A DNA stretch of 64,000 nucleotides from Desulfosudaceae bacterium (GTDB lineage: Bacteria; Desulfobacterota; Desulfobacteria; Desulfobacterales; Desulfosudaceae). Position 1 is the first letter of the stretch. Every line of letters begins with the position of its first letter. Below are positions 31,855 to 41,164 of this stretch, one piece after another. The notes under the pieces were generated by a model. That model was not told the origin of the DNA. It made no database searches and saw only the letters and a list, made by a program, of their open reading frames with translations. The DNA is taken from contig CAXXDV010000001.1 of the NCBI GenBank assembly GCA_963674745.2, positions 1,152,001 through 1,216,000 on the forward strand, given 5' to 3'. Made by a program: the position numbers and the translations under genes.

Positions 31855-32319
31855 ATGTCTGACAAAAAACAGATTCGAGAACAGCTGGATGCATCGCTCA
31901 AGCGCTTCAGCCCTCTGGCAGAAACCACCCCACCGCCCAAAGGGTGGGTCCGTGGAATTCGAAAGGCACTTGGAATGACAGCCAGACAGTTGGGCAACCG
32001 GCTTGGTATCGCCCAGCAGGGGGTGTCACGAATCGAGACCCAAGAGCTCAACGGGCGGGTAACCATCAAGACCATGCATCGAATGGCAAAGGCGCTGGAT
32101 TGTCTTTTTGTTTACGGGCTGGTTCCCAAAACCAGCCTGGAAGAGACCGTCAGGCAACAGGCCCGGAAGGTTGCCCGGCAGCGCCTGGAACAGGCCACCC
32201 AAAACATAAAAAACGAAAAACAAGCGCTTTCTGAAGATGAAAAAGAAAAGGTCATTGCCAACCTGGCTGACGCACTCATCCAGACCCTGCCCTCAACATT
32301 CTGGGACACGAAGGATTAA
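31855..32319 (+). CDS. XRE-HTH 'mobile mystery protein A'
   Basis: PPPKGWVRGIRKALGMT..QLG.RLG..QQ.V..IE..E, then AL.C.FVYGLVP..SLE. Confidence 0.85.
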   Translation: MSDKKQIREQLDASLKRFSPLAETTPPPKGWVRGIRKALGMTARQLGNRLGIAQQGVSRIETQELNGRVTIKTMHRMAKALDCLFVYGLVPKTSLEETVRQQARKVARQRLEQATQNIKNEKQALSEDEKEKVIANLADALIQTLPSTFWDTKD

Positions 32320-32322
32320 ACA

Positions 32323-33390
32323 CTACCAGGAAACACGCTTTAATGCCGGCAGGAACCGCACCAGGTTAAGACAGGGCAACCAGGTGCCGGGCGTCATGGC
32401 CAAACGGACCAGAAAACCGGAACCGGGCGGGTTGACCCGCCGGTTTCCAGACAACACACCGATTTTATTAAGGGTCTTGTCCGGGGGATAGAACACCTTT
32501 TCACGGCCATGCCAGTCAGCTGGAAAAAGCCCTTCCGCCTTGATTTTTCGGGTATAAACACCGGGACGGGCAGACGTAATCGCCTGGTAAAGATATCCGG
32601 CGCAGCAGATAATCGCACTCAGTCCGCCGCAGGTAATCGGGTTGGTCAACCCGGCAGCATCTCCGATCAGCAGCACCCGGTCGTGCTCAAACACCGTCCC
32701 GTTGACAGCAATCGGTGCCGCCCCTTTATCCTCTATTTCACCTTTTATGTTGTAATCATTTATAAAATTGTCCAGGATGGTAAAGTTGCCGCCAGTGCCC
32801 ACATTGAACACACCGTTACCTTTGGGAAATATCCAACCATAAGCATGATTGGATCGACCATCATGAAACATGCTGCCGACAAACACATCAAAATAGTCCT
32901 CGCACCAATCCAGTCTCATTCGATATTGAACGCTCGGCACCAGGTCGACTCGTCCGTCAATTCGGGCCCGAAGCTTTGAAGCCGGCCCGTCAGCGCCCAC
33001 CACCCAGTCTTCATCCTTCTGATTTTCAAGCAAAAACTTCGTTGAAAAGGCAACCCTCACACCCCGTTGTCGCAGAAAAGCGACCATTCCCCGTTGCCAT
33101 TCGGTCCGCCTCAGGGTGGCGCCGCCCTGCTGCACGATTCCGTATTTTCGATTGGGAAAAAATACCCGGATCCCGTTCACCTGACGGGCAATATACGCTC
33201 TGGAGCAAAAACCGGTCTCCTGTTCCAATTTATTGAGTTTATCCAGAGAGATGCCTTCGGCACACAGAGAGGCGTGATAGTCGGATTCGCTCTTTCGTTC
33301 AAAAACGGTAATTTCAGCTTCAGGAATTCGGGAAAGATACAGGGCGGCGATCAGGCCGGCTGGCCCACCACCAATAATCGATATTTTCAT
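32323..33390 (-). CDS. Geranylgeranyl reductase-like FAD oxidoreductase
   Basis: IIGGGPAG, GADG..S, YGWIFPK and IGDAAGL.NP..CGG motifs. Confidence 0.85.
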   Translation of the reverse strand: MKISIIGGGPAGLIAALYLSRIPEAEITVFERKSESDYHASLCAEGISLDKLNKLEQETGFCSRAYIARQVNGIRVFFPNRKYGIVQQGGATLRRTEWQRGMVAFLRQRGVRVAFSTKFLLENQKDEDWVVGADGPASKLRARIDGRVDLVPSVQYRMRLDWCEDYFDVFVGSMFHDGRSNHAYGWIFPKGNGVFNVGTGGNFTILDNFINDYNIKGEIEDKGAAPIAVNGTVFEHDRVLLIGDAAGLTNPITCGGLSAIICCAGYLYQAITSARPGVYTRKIKAEGLFPADWHGREKVFYPPDKTLNKIGVLSGNRRVNPPGSGFLVRLAMTPGTWLPCLNLVRFLPALKRVSW

Positions 33391-33412
33391 TCTTGTTATT
33401 TTTTTGATTCCA

Positions 33413-34207
33413 TCATTTTTTTCCGCGCAGGGCTTTTAATGCCTGGTCGGCGGACAGCCCGTTATGGACGATTTCACAGGCTGTCCTGACGAACACTTCG
33501 GGGTTTTTGTGCTGAAACGCGTTCCGGCCGATGGACAATCCGGCGGCTCCGGCCTTCATGGCCCCCTCTATCATCTGCATGGTTTGTGCGTCCGTCTGTT
33601 TTGAACCACCGGCAATCACCACCGGCACCGGGCAGCCCCGGATAACTTCTGCAAAAGATTCCGGGTCCCCGGTATAGGGACATTTGACGATGTCAGCCCC
33701 CAGTTCGCCGCCCACCCTGGCAGCATGCTTGATGGATTCCAGGTTCTGCTTGACGGTTTCTCCCCGCGGATACATCATCGCCAGAAGGGGGATTCCCCAT
33801 TGATAACAAGACCTTGCCGTTTTACCCAGAAACTCCAGCATGACCGATTCCGTGTCCGCACCGACATTGACATGAACCGACACGGCATCCGCACCCAGAG
33901 AAACCGCCTCTTCGACATCACACACGGATATTTTGCTGTCCGGATGCGGCGCGAGGGCTGTGGAAGCCGAAAGGTGGATAATCAAACCAATGTCTGTTTC
34001 CTCGCTGCGGTTGGTAGACATGACAATGCCCTTGTGGACCACGGCCGCGTTGGCACCACCCCGGATGATCATATTAACTGTTTTATCCACATCTTCCAGC
34101 CCTGAAATAGGCCCCATGGTGACCCCGTGATCAAGGGGTACAATGACGGTTTTACCGGACTGCCGGTTGAAAATCCGCTTCATTCTGATTCGTTTGCCGA
34201 CATTCAT
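33413..34207 (-). CDS. DhnA-type class I aldolase (2-amino-3,7-dideoxy-D-threo-hept-6-ulosonate synthase-like)
   Basis: PLDHGVTMGP, HLSAST, AMMYPRG, GADIVK and IAGG motifs; start set at MNVGKRIR (34207). Confidence 0.85.
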   Translation of the reverse strand: MNVGKRIRMKRIFNRQSGKTVIVPLDHGVTMGPISGLEDVDKTVNMIIRGGANAAVVHKGIVMSTNRSEETDIGLIIHLSASTALAPHPDSKISVCDVEEAVSLGADAVSVHVNVGADTESVMLEFLGKTARSCYQWGIPLLAMMYPRGETVKQNLESIKHAARVGGELGADIVKCPYTGDPESFAEVIRGCPVPVVIAGGSKQTDAQTMQMIEGAMKAGAAGLSIGRNAFQHKNPEVFVRTACEIVHNGLSADQALKALRGKK

Positions 34208-34271
34208 TTTATTTTTTCCTGTTGTTGAAATTCTCTTCTTAAAAGTTAATATTGAAATTCTTTTCAGCCAC

Positions 34272-34330
34272 GTAGGGGCACCCCCCTGTAGGTGCCCAGC
34301 AGTCGGGCGGCCACGGGGGGCCGCCCCTAC
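34272..34330. repeat. GTAG-type REP doublet (REPIN-like)
   Basis: GTAG-GGGCACC...GGTGCCC followed by GGGCGGCC...GGCCGCCC-CTAC: two GC hairpins in inverted orientation with GTAG/CTAC feet. Confidence 0.7.
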
Positions 34331-34391
34331 ATTACGCCTGCAAGACAAGCGGTATGGCTAAATGCAAGGGCCAAATCTGCCCGTGAACGGG

Positions 34392-36122
34392 TTATCCGTT
34401 TTGTTCATCCTTTAACACCCGCCGCAAGACCTTTCCGACGGCGGAGGTGGGTAAAACCTCCCGGAATTCTATGGATCGGGGTCGTTTGTAACCGGCCAGA
34501 CGTTCTTTGCAGAAATCAAGGATTTCCTGCTCGGTTGCGTCCATGCCCTCCCTCAACTGAACAAAAGCCCTGACCTCTTCCCCGCTCCTGGGATTGGGCC
34601 GGCCGACCACAGCGGCCTGAGCGATTTTCGGGTGCTGAAACAACACTTCTTCGACTTCCCTGGGATAGCAGTTGAACCCGCCGACCAATATCAGGTCTTT
34701 CTTGCGGTCGGTGATAATAATGTATCCATCTTCATCGATATGACCGATATCACCGGTTAAAAAATAACGCCGACCGTCAATTTCCCTGAAGACCTCCTTG
34801 TTTGCGTCAGGTTTCTGCCAATAGCCCGTCATGACCTGAGGCCCCCAGACGGCGATTTCACCGTCCTCACCCCGGGGCAGTACGGTTTCTCCGGTATCGG
34901 AATCAAGGATCTTGATATCGGTATTGGGAATGGGAAAACCCACCGAACCGAATTTTCGCAGCTCCTTATTGCTGGGGTTGCCGCAGATAACCGGCGCGGT
35001 TTCACTCAGACCATACCCCTCAAAAATAATCGATCCGGTCTTGGCCTCAAAGTTCATGGCCAGTTCCACCGGCAGCGGCGCACCACCTGAAGCGCAGCAG
35101 AGCAGGGAACTCAGGTCGTACTTGTCAAGATGGGGATGGGTTTCAAACGCGGAAAAAATCGTCGGCACCCCGACCAGAACGGTCGGCCGGTATCTTTCCA
35201 CCAGCTTGAGGACCTCGGTAAAAGGCGGGTCGCCGGCCCTGGGGTCGGGAACACAGACCAGCCGGCTGGCCGAAGCACAGGAGGTCAGCAGGCACATGGT
35301 CATACCAAAACTGTGATACCATGGCAACACGCCGATATAACAGTGAAACCCGCCTTTTCTGAGCTTTTCCGGGGGGGCGCCGGGTTCCTGGGAAAGATAA
35401 ACCCATTCATCCATGGCTTTGACGTCAAAAACAAAATTAGTGTGGGTCAGGGCGGCGCCCTTGGGCATACCGGTGGTTCCCCCGGTATAAATAATCAGGG
35501 CCAGGTCTTCAGAAGGATTGATCTCCACTTCCGGCGGTTCGGCCGGATGGGAGGCCAGTACATCATCATAAAAAAGATGCCCCGGCTCATGTCTTTCCGC
35601 CCGGGGAATTTTGTTGAAAAGACCGCCTAAAAAGCGTTTGAGCGGCGGTAGGTAGGCCTTTATATTGCAGACGACCACCGTCTGGACATCCGTTTCCTGA
35701 ATGGCCTGGACCGTTGTCGGGTAAAACTGCGGGTGATCCATGGCGAACACGGCTTTGGCACCCGAATCCTTGAGCTGATAATTCAGTTCTGACGCCGTAT
35801 AAAGCGGATTACAGGTCACGCAGATCGCACCGGCTTTGAGAATCCCGAAATATATTTCCGGGTACTGGGGAAGATTGGGAAGAAAGATGGCAACCCGATC
35901 ACCCTTGTTAATACCGCTGGCGTGCAGAAAAGCGGCGACCTTGTCGGCGGCGGCTTTAACCTCCGCGAAGGTGCGGGTACCATCGTTGAATATGGTATAC
36001 ACCTTGTCCGGATAATCTCTGGCGGCATCATCCAGAAAAGAAAACAGGGGAAGCTCATAGCCTGAAATCTCATGAGCAACGCCTTCGGGCCAGTAGGGTG
36101 TTGGCCAGGGTTGCAAACTCAT
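34392..36122 (-). CDS. Long-chain fatty acid-CoA ligase
   Basis: YTGGTTGMPKG, GYGLSE, TGDIG, DRKKDLI and GKVLRR motifs; AGGAG RBS before MSLQPW (36122). Confidence 0.9.
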   Translation of the reverse strand: MSLQPWPTPYWPEGVAHEISGYELPLFSFLDDAARDYPDKVYTIFNDGTRTFAEVKAAADKVAAFLHASGINKGDRVAIFLPNLPQYPEIYFGILKAGAICVTCNPLYTASELNYQLKDSGAKAVFAMDHPQFYPTTVQAIQETDVQTVVVCNIKAYLPPLKRFLGGLFNKIPRAERHEPGHLFYDDVLASHPAEPPEVEINPSEDLALIIYTGGTTGMPKGAALTHTNFVFDVKAMDEWVYLSQEPGAPPEKLRKGGFHCYIGVLPWYHSFGMTMCLLTSCASASRLVCVPDPRAGDPPFTEVLKLVERYRPTVLVGVPTIFSAFETHPHLDKYDLSSLLCCASGGAPLPVELAMNFEAKTGSIIFEGYGLSETAPVICGNPSNKELRKFGSVGFPIPNTDIKILDSDTGETVLPRGEDGEIAVWGPQVMTGYWQKPDANKEVFREIDGRRYFLTGDIGHIDEDGYIIITDRKKDLILVGGFNCYPREVEEVLFQHPKIAQAAVVGRPNPRSGEEVRAFVQLREGMDATEQEILDFCKERLAGYKRPRSIEFREVLPTSAVGKVLRRVLKDEQNG

Positions 36123-36341
36123 GACAAACTCCTTGTGTTCTTGTTGCTTGAAAAATGTGTCATCAATTATATAGGGTGTTTTTAAAACTGTAAGCAACTT
36201 TTTTCGAAAAAAAAGCGCCCCGGTTGTTTTTGACTTACCGGGAACAGGAAAACGACGGAAAAAGAAAAATCATTTTTTTACGCGCCGGTCAAAGATAATG
36301 ATTGACTGGCGCCTGTGCCTCTGCTAATAAAAATTTTTTAT

Positions 36342-36417
36342 GGGGCTGTAGCTCAGCTGGGAGAGCGCATGACTGGCAGTCATGAGGTCAGGGGTTCGAT
36401 CCCCCTCAGCTCCACCA
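36342..36417 (+). tRNA. tRNA-Ala(GGC), probable integration site
   Basis: 76-nt cloverleaf GGGGCTG...CAGCTCC-A-CCA with G3:U70 pair, anticodon arm CATGA-CTGGCAG-TCATG and GGTTCGAT T-loop. Confidence 0.98.
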
Positions 36418-36436
36418 AAATTCTACAATGATGAGG

Positions 36437-36473
36437 AAGGGTTAACCGAAACGACGGTTAGCCCTTTTTCTTT
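36437..36473 (+). terminator. Terminator hairpin after the tRNA / end of the integrase
   Basis: AAGGGTTAACCG / CGGTTAGCCCTT followed by a T-rich tract. Confidence 0.6.
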
Positions 36474-36475
36474 GG

Positions 36476-37546
36476 CTAGACTGCTGTGTGTGAATCTGTG
36501 TGTGAATTTTGCCTTGCTCGTTCAAATACGGCTATGGCTGTCCGCTCCATATCACCCATGCTGTGCAGGTAAATTTCGGTTGTCTTGCGGTTCTCATGCC
36601 CCAGAATCCGCTGGATAGCGCCGATAGGAACATCATTGCCATCCATGATAGATGCCCCGGAATGTCGCAAGGCATGGAATCGGAAATAACGGACGCCGGC
36701 CTTTTTACAAAGGCTCTTCATAAACTTCTTTCTATCCTTATAGGGGCCGATACAAAATTCGCCTTTTTTCTTGCTCCAGAACCGATGCCAAAAAACCCAT
36801 GGAATTTCAGAAGAACGCTTGTTAAAACGACTCTGTAAAACATTGTGTAGCTTTTCGGTCATAGGAACCTTTCGCGGAGTCAGGTGCCCACCGCGTTTTT
36901 TTCTCGTATACAGAATGACATATCTTTCAACAAGATTAACATCGTCCCATACAAGCCTGTTAATTTCGCTTACACGGCCCATGGTTTCTCTGATGGCCCA
37001 GAGATAGTCCTGGGTGTCGGGATCGGCAACGGCTATCACCTTATCAATATCTTCACTGGATGGAACATATTTAGCCTTACGTTCAACCGGAAAAAACCTT
37101 ATATCTTCCGTGGGATTGTCACGTATCAGCTTTTGTCCGATCCCAAAATTAAAGACGGCTCGCAAGTACCGTAAATCCTGATTGGCGGTATATGCCGAGA
37201 CTTTATGCCGTTGATAAAGGTGTTTCTGGATCATACTGGCAGTTATTTCGTTGCAAGGTAAATGACCCCAGAGATTGATCCAACGGCGTGCCATATACAC
37301 ATAAGATGTGTAATGGCTATCAGAGTTATATGCCCGTACATGGTCAAGTTTCAGATTCAAAATATCCAAAAAGCCCATGTCTGTTGGCATCTCCGGATAC
37401 GACGGTGGATTGAGTATTGCCTCCTTTCTTTGTTGTTGCGCCTTCATGGCTTCTTTTTTTGTTTTGAACCATGCCTCCGTGTGTCTGGTTCCTTTGTGGA
37501 CGAAGTCGAACCTCCATCCTTTCCCTTTTACCGAATAAATGCTCAT
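36476..37546 (-). CDS. int: Tyrosine recombinase / integrase
   Basis: GRVSEI (R), FHALRH (HxxR), LGHE and TEIY (Y) motifs; AGGAGAG RBS before MSIYSVKG (37546). Confidence 0.93.
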   Translation of the reverse strand: MSIYSVKGKGWRFDFVHKGTRHTEAWFKTKKEAMKAQQQRKEAILNPPSYPEMPTDMGFLDILNLKLDHVRAYNSDSHYTSYVYMARRWINLWGHLPCNEITASMIQKHLYQRHKVSAYTANQDLRYLRAVFNFGIGQKLIRDNPTEDIRFFPVERKAKYVPSSEDIDKVIAVADPDTQDYLWAIRETMGRVSEINRLVWDDVNLVERYVILYTRKKRGGHLTPRKVPMTEKLHNVLQSRFNKRSSEIPWVFWHRFWSKKKGEFCIGPYKDRKKFMKSLCKKAGVRYFRFHALRHSGASIMDGNDVPIGAIQRILGHENRKTTEIYLHSMGDMERTAIAVFERARQNSHTDSHTAV

Positions 37547-37856
37547 GAATCTCTCTCCTTCCTGGGAAAAACAGAGACCCACCGAGCTTCCTGGCACCCA
37601 GTTTATCTGCATTTTTGTAAACCCATGACAGGCTTTTTCGCAAATAACGGGCAACCTCCTCGACCGTCATTATTTCAGGTTGAAAATCGGTGTCAAGACC
37701 TGTTTCTGGTATTATCGCACCGGTATCCAATGGACGGTTACCCTGTGTGGCCGAAAGCTGGGAGTCAGCTAAATTCAACATCCCTTTGGTGTGGTTTTTT
37801 TTCATACAACGCTCCAACAAACTAAGGTTTTTAAGTTTGTTGAGGAGCGACACCAA
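37344..37856 (-). CDS. Excisionase-like HTH protein overlapping the integrase 5' end (true start uncertain)
   Basis: IMTVEEVARYLRKSLSWVYK winged-HTH motif; position directly upstream of int. Confidence 0.6.
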   Translation of the reverse strand: MVSLLNKLKNLSLLERCMKKNHTKGMLNLADSQLSATQGNRPLDTGAIIPETGLDTDFQPEIMTVEEVARYLRKSLSWVYKNADKLGARKLGGSLFFPGRREIHEHLFGKRERMEVRLRPQRNQTHGGMVQNKKRSHEGATTKKGGNTQSTVVSGDANRHGLFGYFESET

Positions 37857-38040
37857 AAAGGACGAAAAACAGCATAACCATCTGTGACAATGGATAAAGC
37901 CAATCTAATTTTTAGTGCTCTAGGAAATAGCGGGGTACCCACAGAAGATGGCCATGATGATTCAACTGTATGTAATTATTGCAGGAAGAGGGGTGTTCGT
38001 TCAGATAAGGATATCGGGAAGAGGATTCAGGTGGCTGTTT

Positions 38041-38613
38041 TTATGGCCGGCCCTGCATAAGGAGTTCGATCCATTTTTCTGTACGACCAAAACATTCTGC
38101 CGTTGTCTTTATCCGTTTTTCCCGGCTTAAATTGGAGGGCAGTTGATCAAAATATCTTATCATGCCGTATAGACGTAAAGGCTTATAGCAAAAAGGGTAT
38201 CGACCAAAAATCTGTTTGTTGATCCGGGTCCAGTTTTTTTCTAATGCTTTCGATGTCTTTTCTCTTGGAAATAAAAAGCTGTTTCTTGTTGTCGAACATC
38301 TTTCGTTGCACAAATTTTTAAAAAAGTTTTCTAAATCAGCCTGCAAAGAACCTGGAATAATTATTTGGCGATTGTTGAACGTAAAGCTATTAAGAGCTTT
38401 GTTTTGTTTGTCAAAGACTTGTTTTATTTTAAGCTCCGTCAATTCGTCTTTTTGCAGGGTACAATAATAAGCCATTTTCATCGATATCAGTAAGCTATCG
38501 GCTTCTATTTTCTTTTTTCCCCGAAGGTTTTGTCCATACTGTATAACAGGATCAAAAAAATGGTTTTGAATATTTTGTTCGTTCCAATGAAAATTAATGT
38601 TTGGCCTCTTCAC
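38041..38613 (-). CDS. Hypothetical protein resembling a degenerate tyrosine-recombinase catalytic domain
   Basis: AYYCTLQKDELTELKIKQV, FLFP and PLRLYG resemble boxes I/II but lack the canonical catalytic residues. Confidence 0.45.
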   Translation of the reverse strand: MKRPNINFHWNEQNIQNHFFDPVIQYGQNLRGKKKIEADSLLISMKMAYYCTLQKDELTELKIKQVFDKQNKALNSFTFNNRQIIIPGSLQADLENFFKNLCNERCSTTRNSFLFPREKTSKALEKNWTRINKQIFGRYPFCYKPLRLYGMIRYFDQLPSNLSREKRIKTTAECFGRTEKWIELLMQGRP

Positions 38614-38913
38614 GTTACACCTTTCAACAGAATTTTTTGAAATCCGTCTGGCTTTTTAAAAATATATAGTCAGCCCACCCATTGTCAAATTCGGTTGTTG
38701 ACTTTCAGGCTCTCTCGTCCCCAATCCCTTCCTTATATATAGCCGTCCCTGCGCGCCCCCCTCAAACTAAAAAAAACTAAAGTATAACTAACTGATATTT
38801 GAGAACATTGGTTTTTCCGTGTCCTTTTTGGTTCCTCCTTCTAACAAATTATAAAACGAAAACTCATAACCCGAGCTCATCAGACAACTCGGCAATCACG
38901 AAAGGAGGACAAG

Positions 38914-39312
38914 ATGAAGAGCAGCGTAATTCAATTCAAACAAGAACAACTTAATCAAAAGGGAGGGAAAAGCTTGAAAAAAGAATTTTTATCAGAAGAA
39001 GAATTCCAACAATTAGTTGAAAGCTTCAAGAAAGACAGAGATGAAGACCTCAGTTTTAAGTGGAATCTGATCGGCTTAAGGGATGGACATGAATGGGTCC
39101 CAAAAGCTGGCTTCGCTGAAACAGATAAATACGTTTCATTCATAGACAGTATTTTAAATGAAGATAAATATGATCAATACAGTCGTATATGGGATCTTGT
39201 TTCAGATTACGAGAAAGACCCAAACTTTACAGATGTCGCGTGGGGCGCTTTCTGGAAAGGTTTTTACGAAGGCGTGACCAATTATTGGAATAAAATCATT
39301 AAACAATTCTAA
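38914..39312 (+). CDS. Hypothetical protein (paralog of next ORF)
   Basis: AGGAGG RBS; G.RDG..W and FW.GF.EGV...WNKI motifs shared with 39325-39765. Confidence 0.7.
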   Translation: MKSSVIQFKQEQLNQKGGKSLKKEFLSEEEFQQLVESFKKDRDEDLSFKWNLIGLRDGHEWVPKAGFAETDKYVSFIDSILNEDKYDQYSRIWDLVSDYEKDPNFTDVAWGAFWKGFYEGVTNYWNKIIKQF

Positions 39313-39324
39313 AGGAGAAAAATT

Positions 39325-39765
39325 ATGGATAATAAAAATGAAGTTATCTTTTCCGAGACCTCTGACGACTCTTACATTGATGAACTTTACAATAAGGAAG
39401 TAAAAGGCACTGAGCAGGAAAAGTTATCTGAAGAGGATTTCGATGAAATCGTGGCAAGATTCAAAAGAGAAAAAGAAATACTTATGAAGGTATGGAAGCA
39501 AGTCGGTTTTAGAGACGGTCAAGTATGGGCTCAATGGTCACCATATTTTGGAACCCGCGAGTATGTCGAAAGTTTGGACGAGAGGATTAAGGCAGGAACT
39601 CCTTGGCCAGACACTGGTGATAGACCATATTTACATATGGTTGAACACTATTTTGATAATGAACACTGGGCTTACAGTACAGAAGAGTCATACTGGCTGG
39701 GATTTGCTGATGGTGTTGTGTTTTTGTGGAACAAAATCAACGAGCATATCGAAAAAAACAAATAA
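39325..39765 (+). CDS. Hypothetical protein (paralog of previous ORF)
   Basis: AGGAG RBS; LSEEDF..IV..FK, GFRDG..W and YWLGFADGV..LWNKI motifs. Confidence 0.7.
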   Translation: MDNKNEVIFSETSDDSYIDELYNKEVKGTEQEKLSEEDFDEIVARFKREKEILMKVWKQVGFRDGQVWAQWSPYFGTREYVESLDERIKAGTPWPDTGDRPYLHMVEHYFDNEHWAYSTEESYWLGFADGVVFLWNKINEHIEKNK

Positions 39766-39833
39766 TCATATTCTTATCAATAATGCTCTCCAACACTCTG
39801 TCGGGGAGCATTATTATTTTTAGGAGGATAGAA

Positions 39834-40208
39834 ATGGATTCAAGAAAAAATTCACCGGTAATAACAGGCAAGGTAACTGATGATGATTGGCTAAACCTTT
39901 TTGCCAAAATTTATTTAGCTGACCTTTTTGTTATGCGCCGTGGTTGGGGTATGAGCTGGAACGCTTCTGACAGAGGCAGTTGCTTCAGAGAATGCATAGA
40001 TCATTTTATAAAGCATTACAGTTTACAAGCTGACTTTTGGGACATTGATAAAACCTATTCGGATAAGCTGAACGAATGGAAGGCCACTGAAAACATGACC
40101 GATGGTTTTATAAGGGCATCTATATCTATTATGAAAGAGGATCATGCTGAATTTACATTAGAAGAAGCAAAGAAAGAGTACGTTCGGCAGATACAGATCA
40201 CCAATTAA
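39834..40208 (+). CDS. Hypothetical protein
   Basis: AGGAGG RBS before MDSRKN (39834). Confidence 0.6.
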   Translation: MDSRKNSPVITGKVTDDDWLNLFAKIYLADLFVMRRGWGMSWNASDRGSCFRECIDHFIKHYSLQADFWDIDKTYSDKLNEWKATENMTDGFIRASISIMKEDHAEFTLEEAKKEYVRQIQITN

Positions 40209-40273
40209 AACGAATAAATATTGAAGCGTCTCAGCTTACCTGCTGGGGAGCTTTTTCTTTAAAGGAGTAAAAA

Positions 40274-40828
40274 ATGAATACGACAAAATTAAGATCACCT
40301 CAAGAAGTTGCCCGAAGAGTTGCAGTATTAGGCAATTTGTTTTTCAAAACATTTGACTTTAACAATGAAAGTTACGTTAAATTTTTAAAGGAGAAAGGGT
40401 TGTGGAAAGACGCCTCTCCAGCAGAAAAATCTTTTTTTAGCCACTCAACCCCAAGTGAAAATGACATATACCTTGCAGCATGGAGGGCTGAAGCGGCCTG
40501 GGTCTTACTTTGGGCCTTAAACCAGGTTCCTGAATTGGGTAGCCCAGAGACAAGATGTGATATGACTTTTCTTGCCAAGACGATTCTTTTTATAAATATG
40601 TCTCCAGATGATTTCATTGAAAACGCGGTTCTAAGGCCAGTTGAAGAAATTGTTGAAGCGGCACATGATATTTATCACGCTCATTGGGCCGCACGTGACA
40701 GAGACTTAAGAGGCGTCACTAAATATGGGGATCTCAGCACGGATGTTTTAGACGAGAGGCACCATGCCATTAACTGGCTAATATGTTTCAATGATGACGA
40801 TTGGGATAATGTTATAACCGACACCTAA
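40274..40828 (+). CDS. DUF4272 domain protein
   Basis: WRAEAAWVLLWAL, Y.AHWA, ERHHAINWL and WDNVITDT motifs. Confidence 0.8.
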   Translation: MNTTKLRSPQEVARRVAVLGNLFFKTFDFNNESYVKFLKEKGLWKDASPAEKSFFSHSTPSENDIYLAAWRAEAAWVLLWALNQVPELGSPETRCDMTFLAKTILFINMSPDDFIENAVLRPVEEIVEAAHDIYHAHWAARDRDLRGVTKYGDLSTDVLDERHHAINWLICFNDDDWDNVITDT

Positions 40829-40863
40829 CTCATAGGTGCCGCAATCAGAACACCGCTATTAAA

Positions 40864-40893
40864 AAAGCCAGACTCTAACCAGGGCCTGGCTTT
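40864..40893 (+). terminator. Probable intrinsic terminator
   Basis: AAAGCCAG / CTGGCTTT hairpin followed by T-rich sequence. Confidence 0.5.
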
Positions 40894-40975
40894 ATTGTTT
40901 ACAGTCACCCCGTTCGATCTCCCTAGTCACATAGAACATATTAAAAAGGTCATTAATCATAAGGAGGATTGAATC

Positions 40976-41164
40976 ATGGCAAACAAGACACTTGTACCCT
41001 TAATGTTGTCGGTCCCTGAAGAAGTCAGGGATGAACTAAGAAGAATCGCGGCCCGGCAGAACCTGGAGAGAACAGACCGCGTCATTTCAGCGGCCGAGAT
41101 AGCCAGGGAAGTGCTGTGCATGCATTACAAAGAGTATATTACCGAGGAGAATAATAATGAGTGA
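40976..41164 (+). CDS. Small ribbon-helix-helix-like DNA-binding protein
   Basis: AAGGAGG RBS; beta-alpha-alpha pattern (LMLSVPEEVRDELRRIA...SAAEIAREVL); overlaps the primase start. Confidence 0.6.
   Translation: MANKTLVPLMLSVPEEVRDELRRIAARQNLERTDRVISAAEIAREVLCMHYKEYITEENNNE

Noticed and set aside
34208..34348. N-terminal extension of the aldolase ORF
   Set aside because: It runs through the REP doublet; the family-like sequence starts at MNVGKRIR (34207).
36382..36618. 78-aa ORF
   Set aside because: Overlaps the tRNA and the antisense strand of the integrase.
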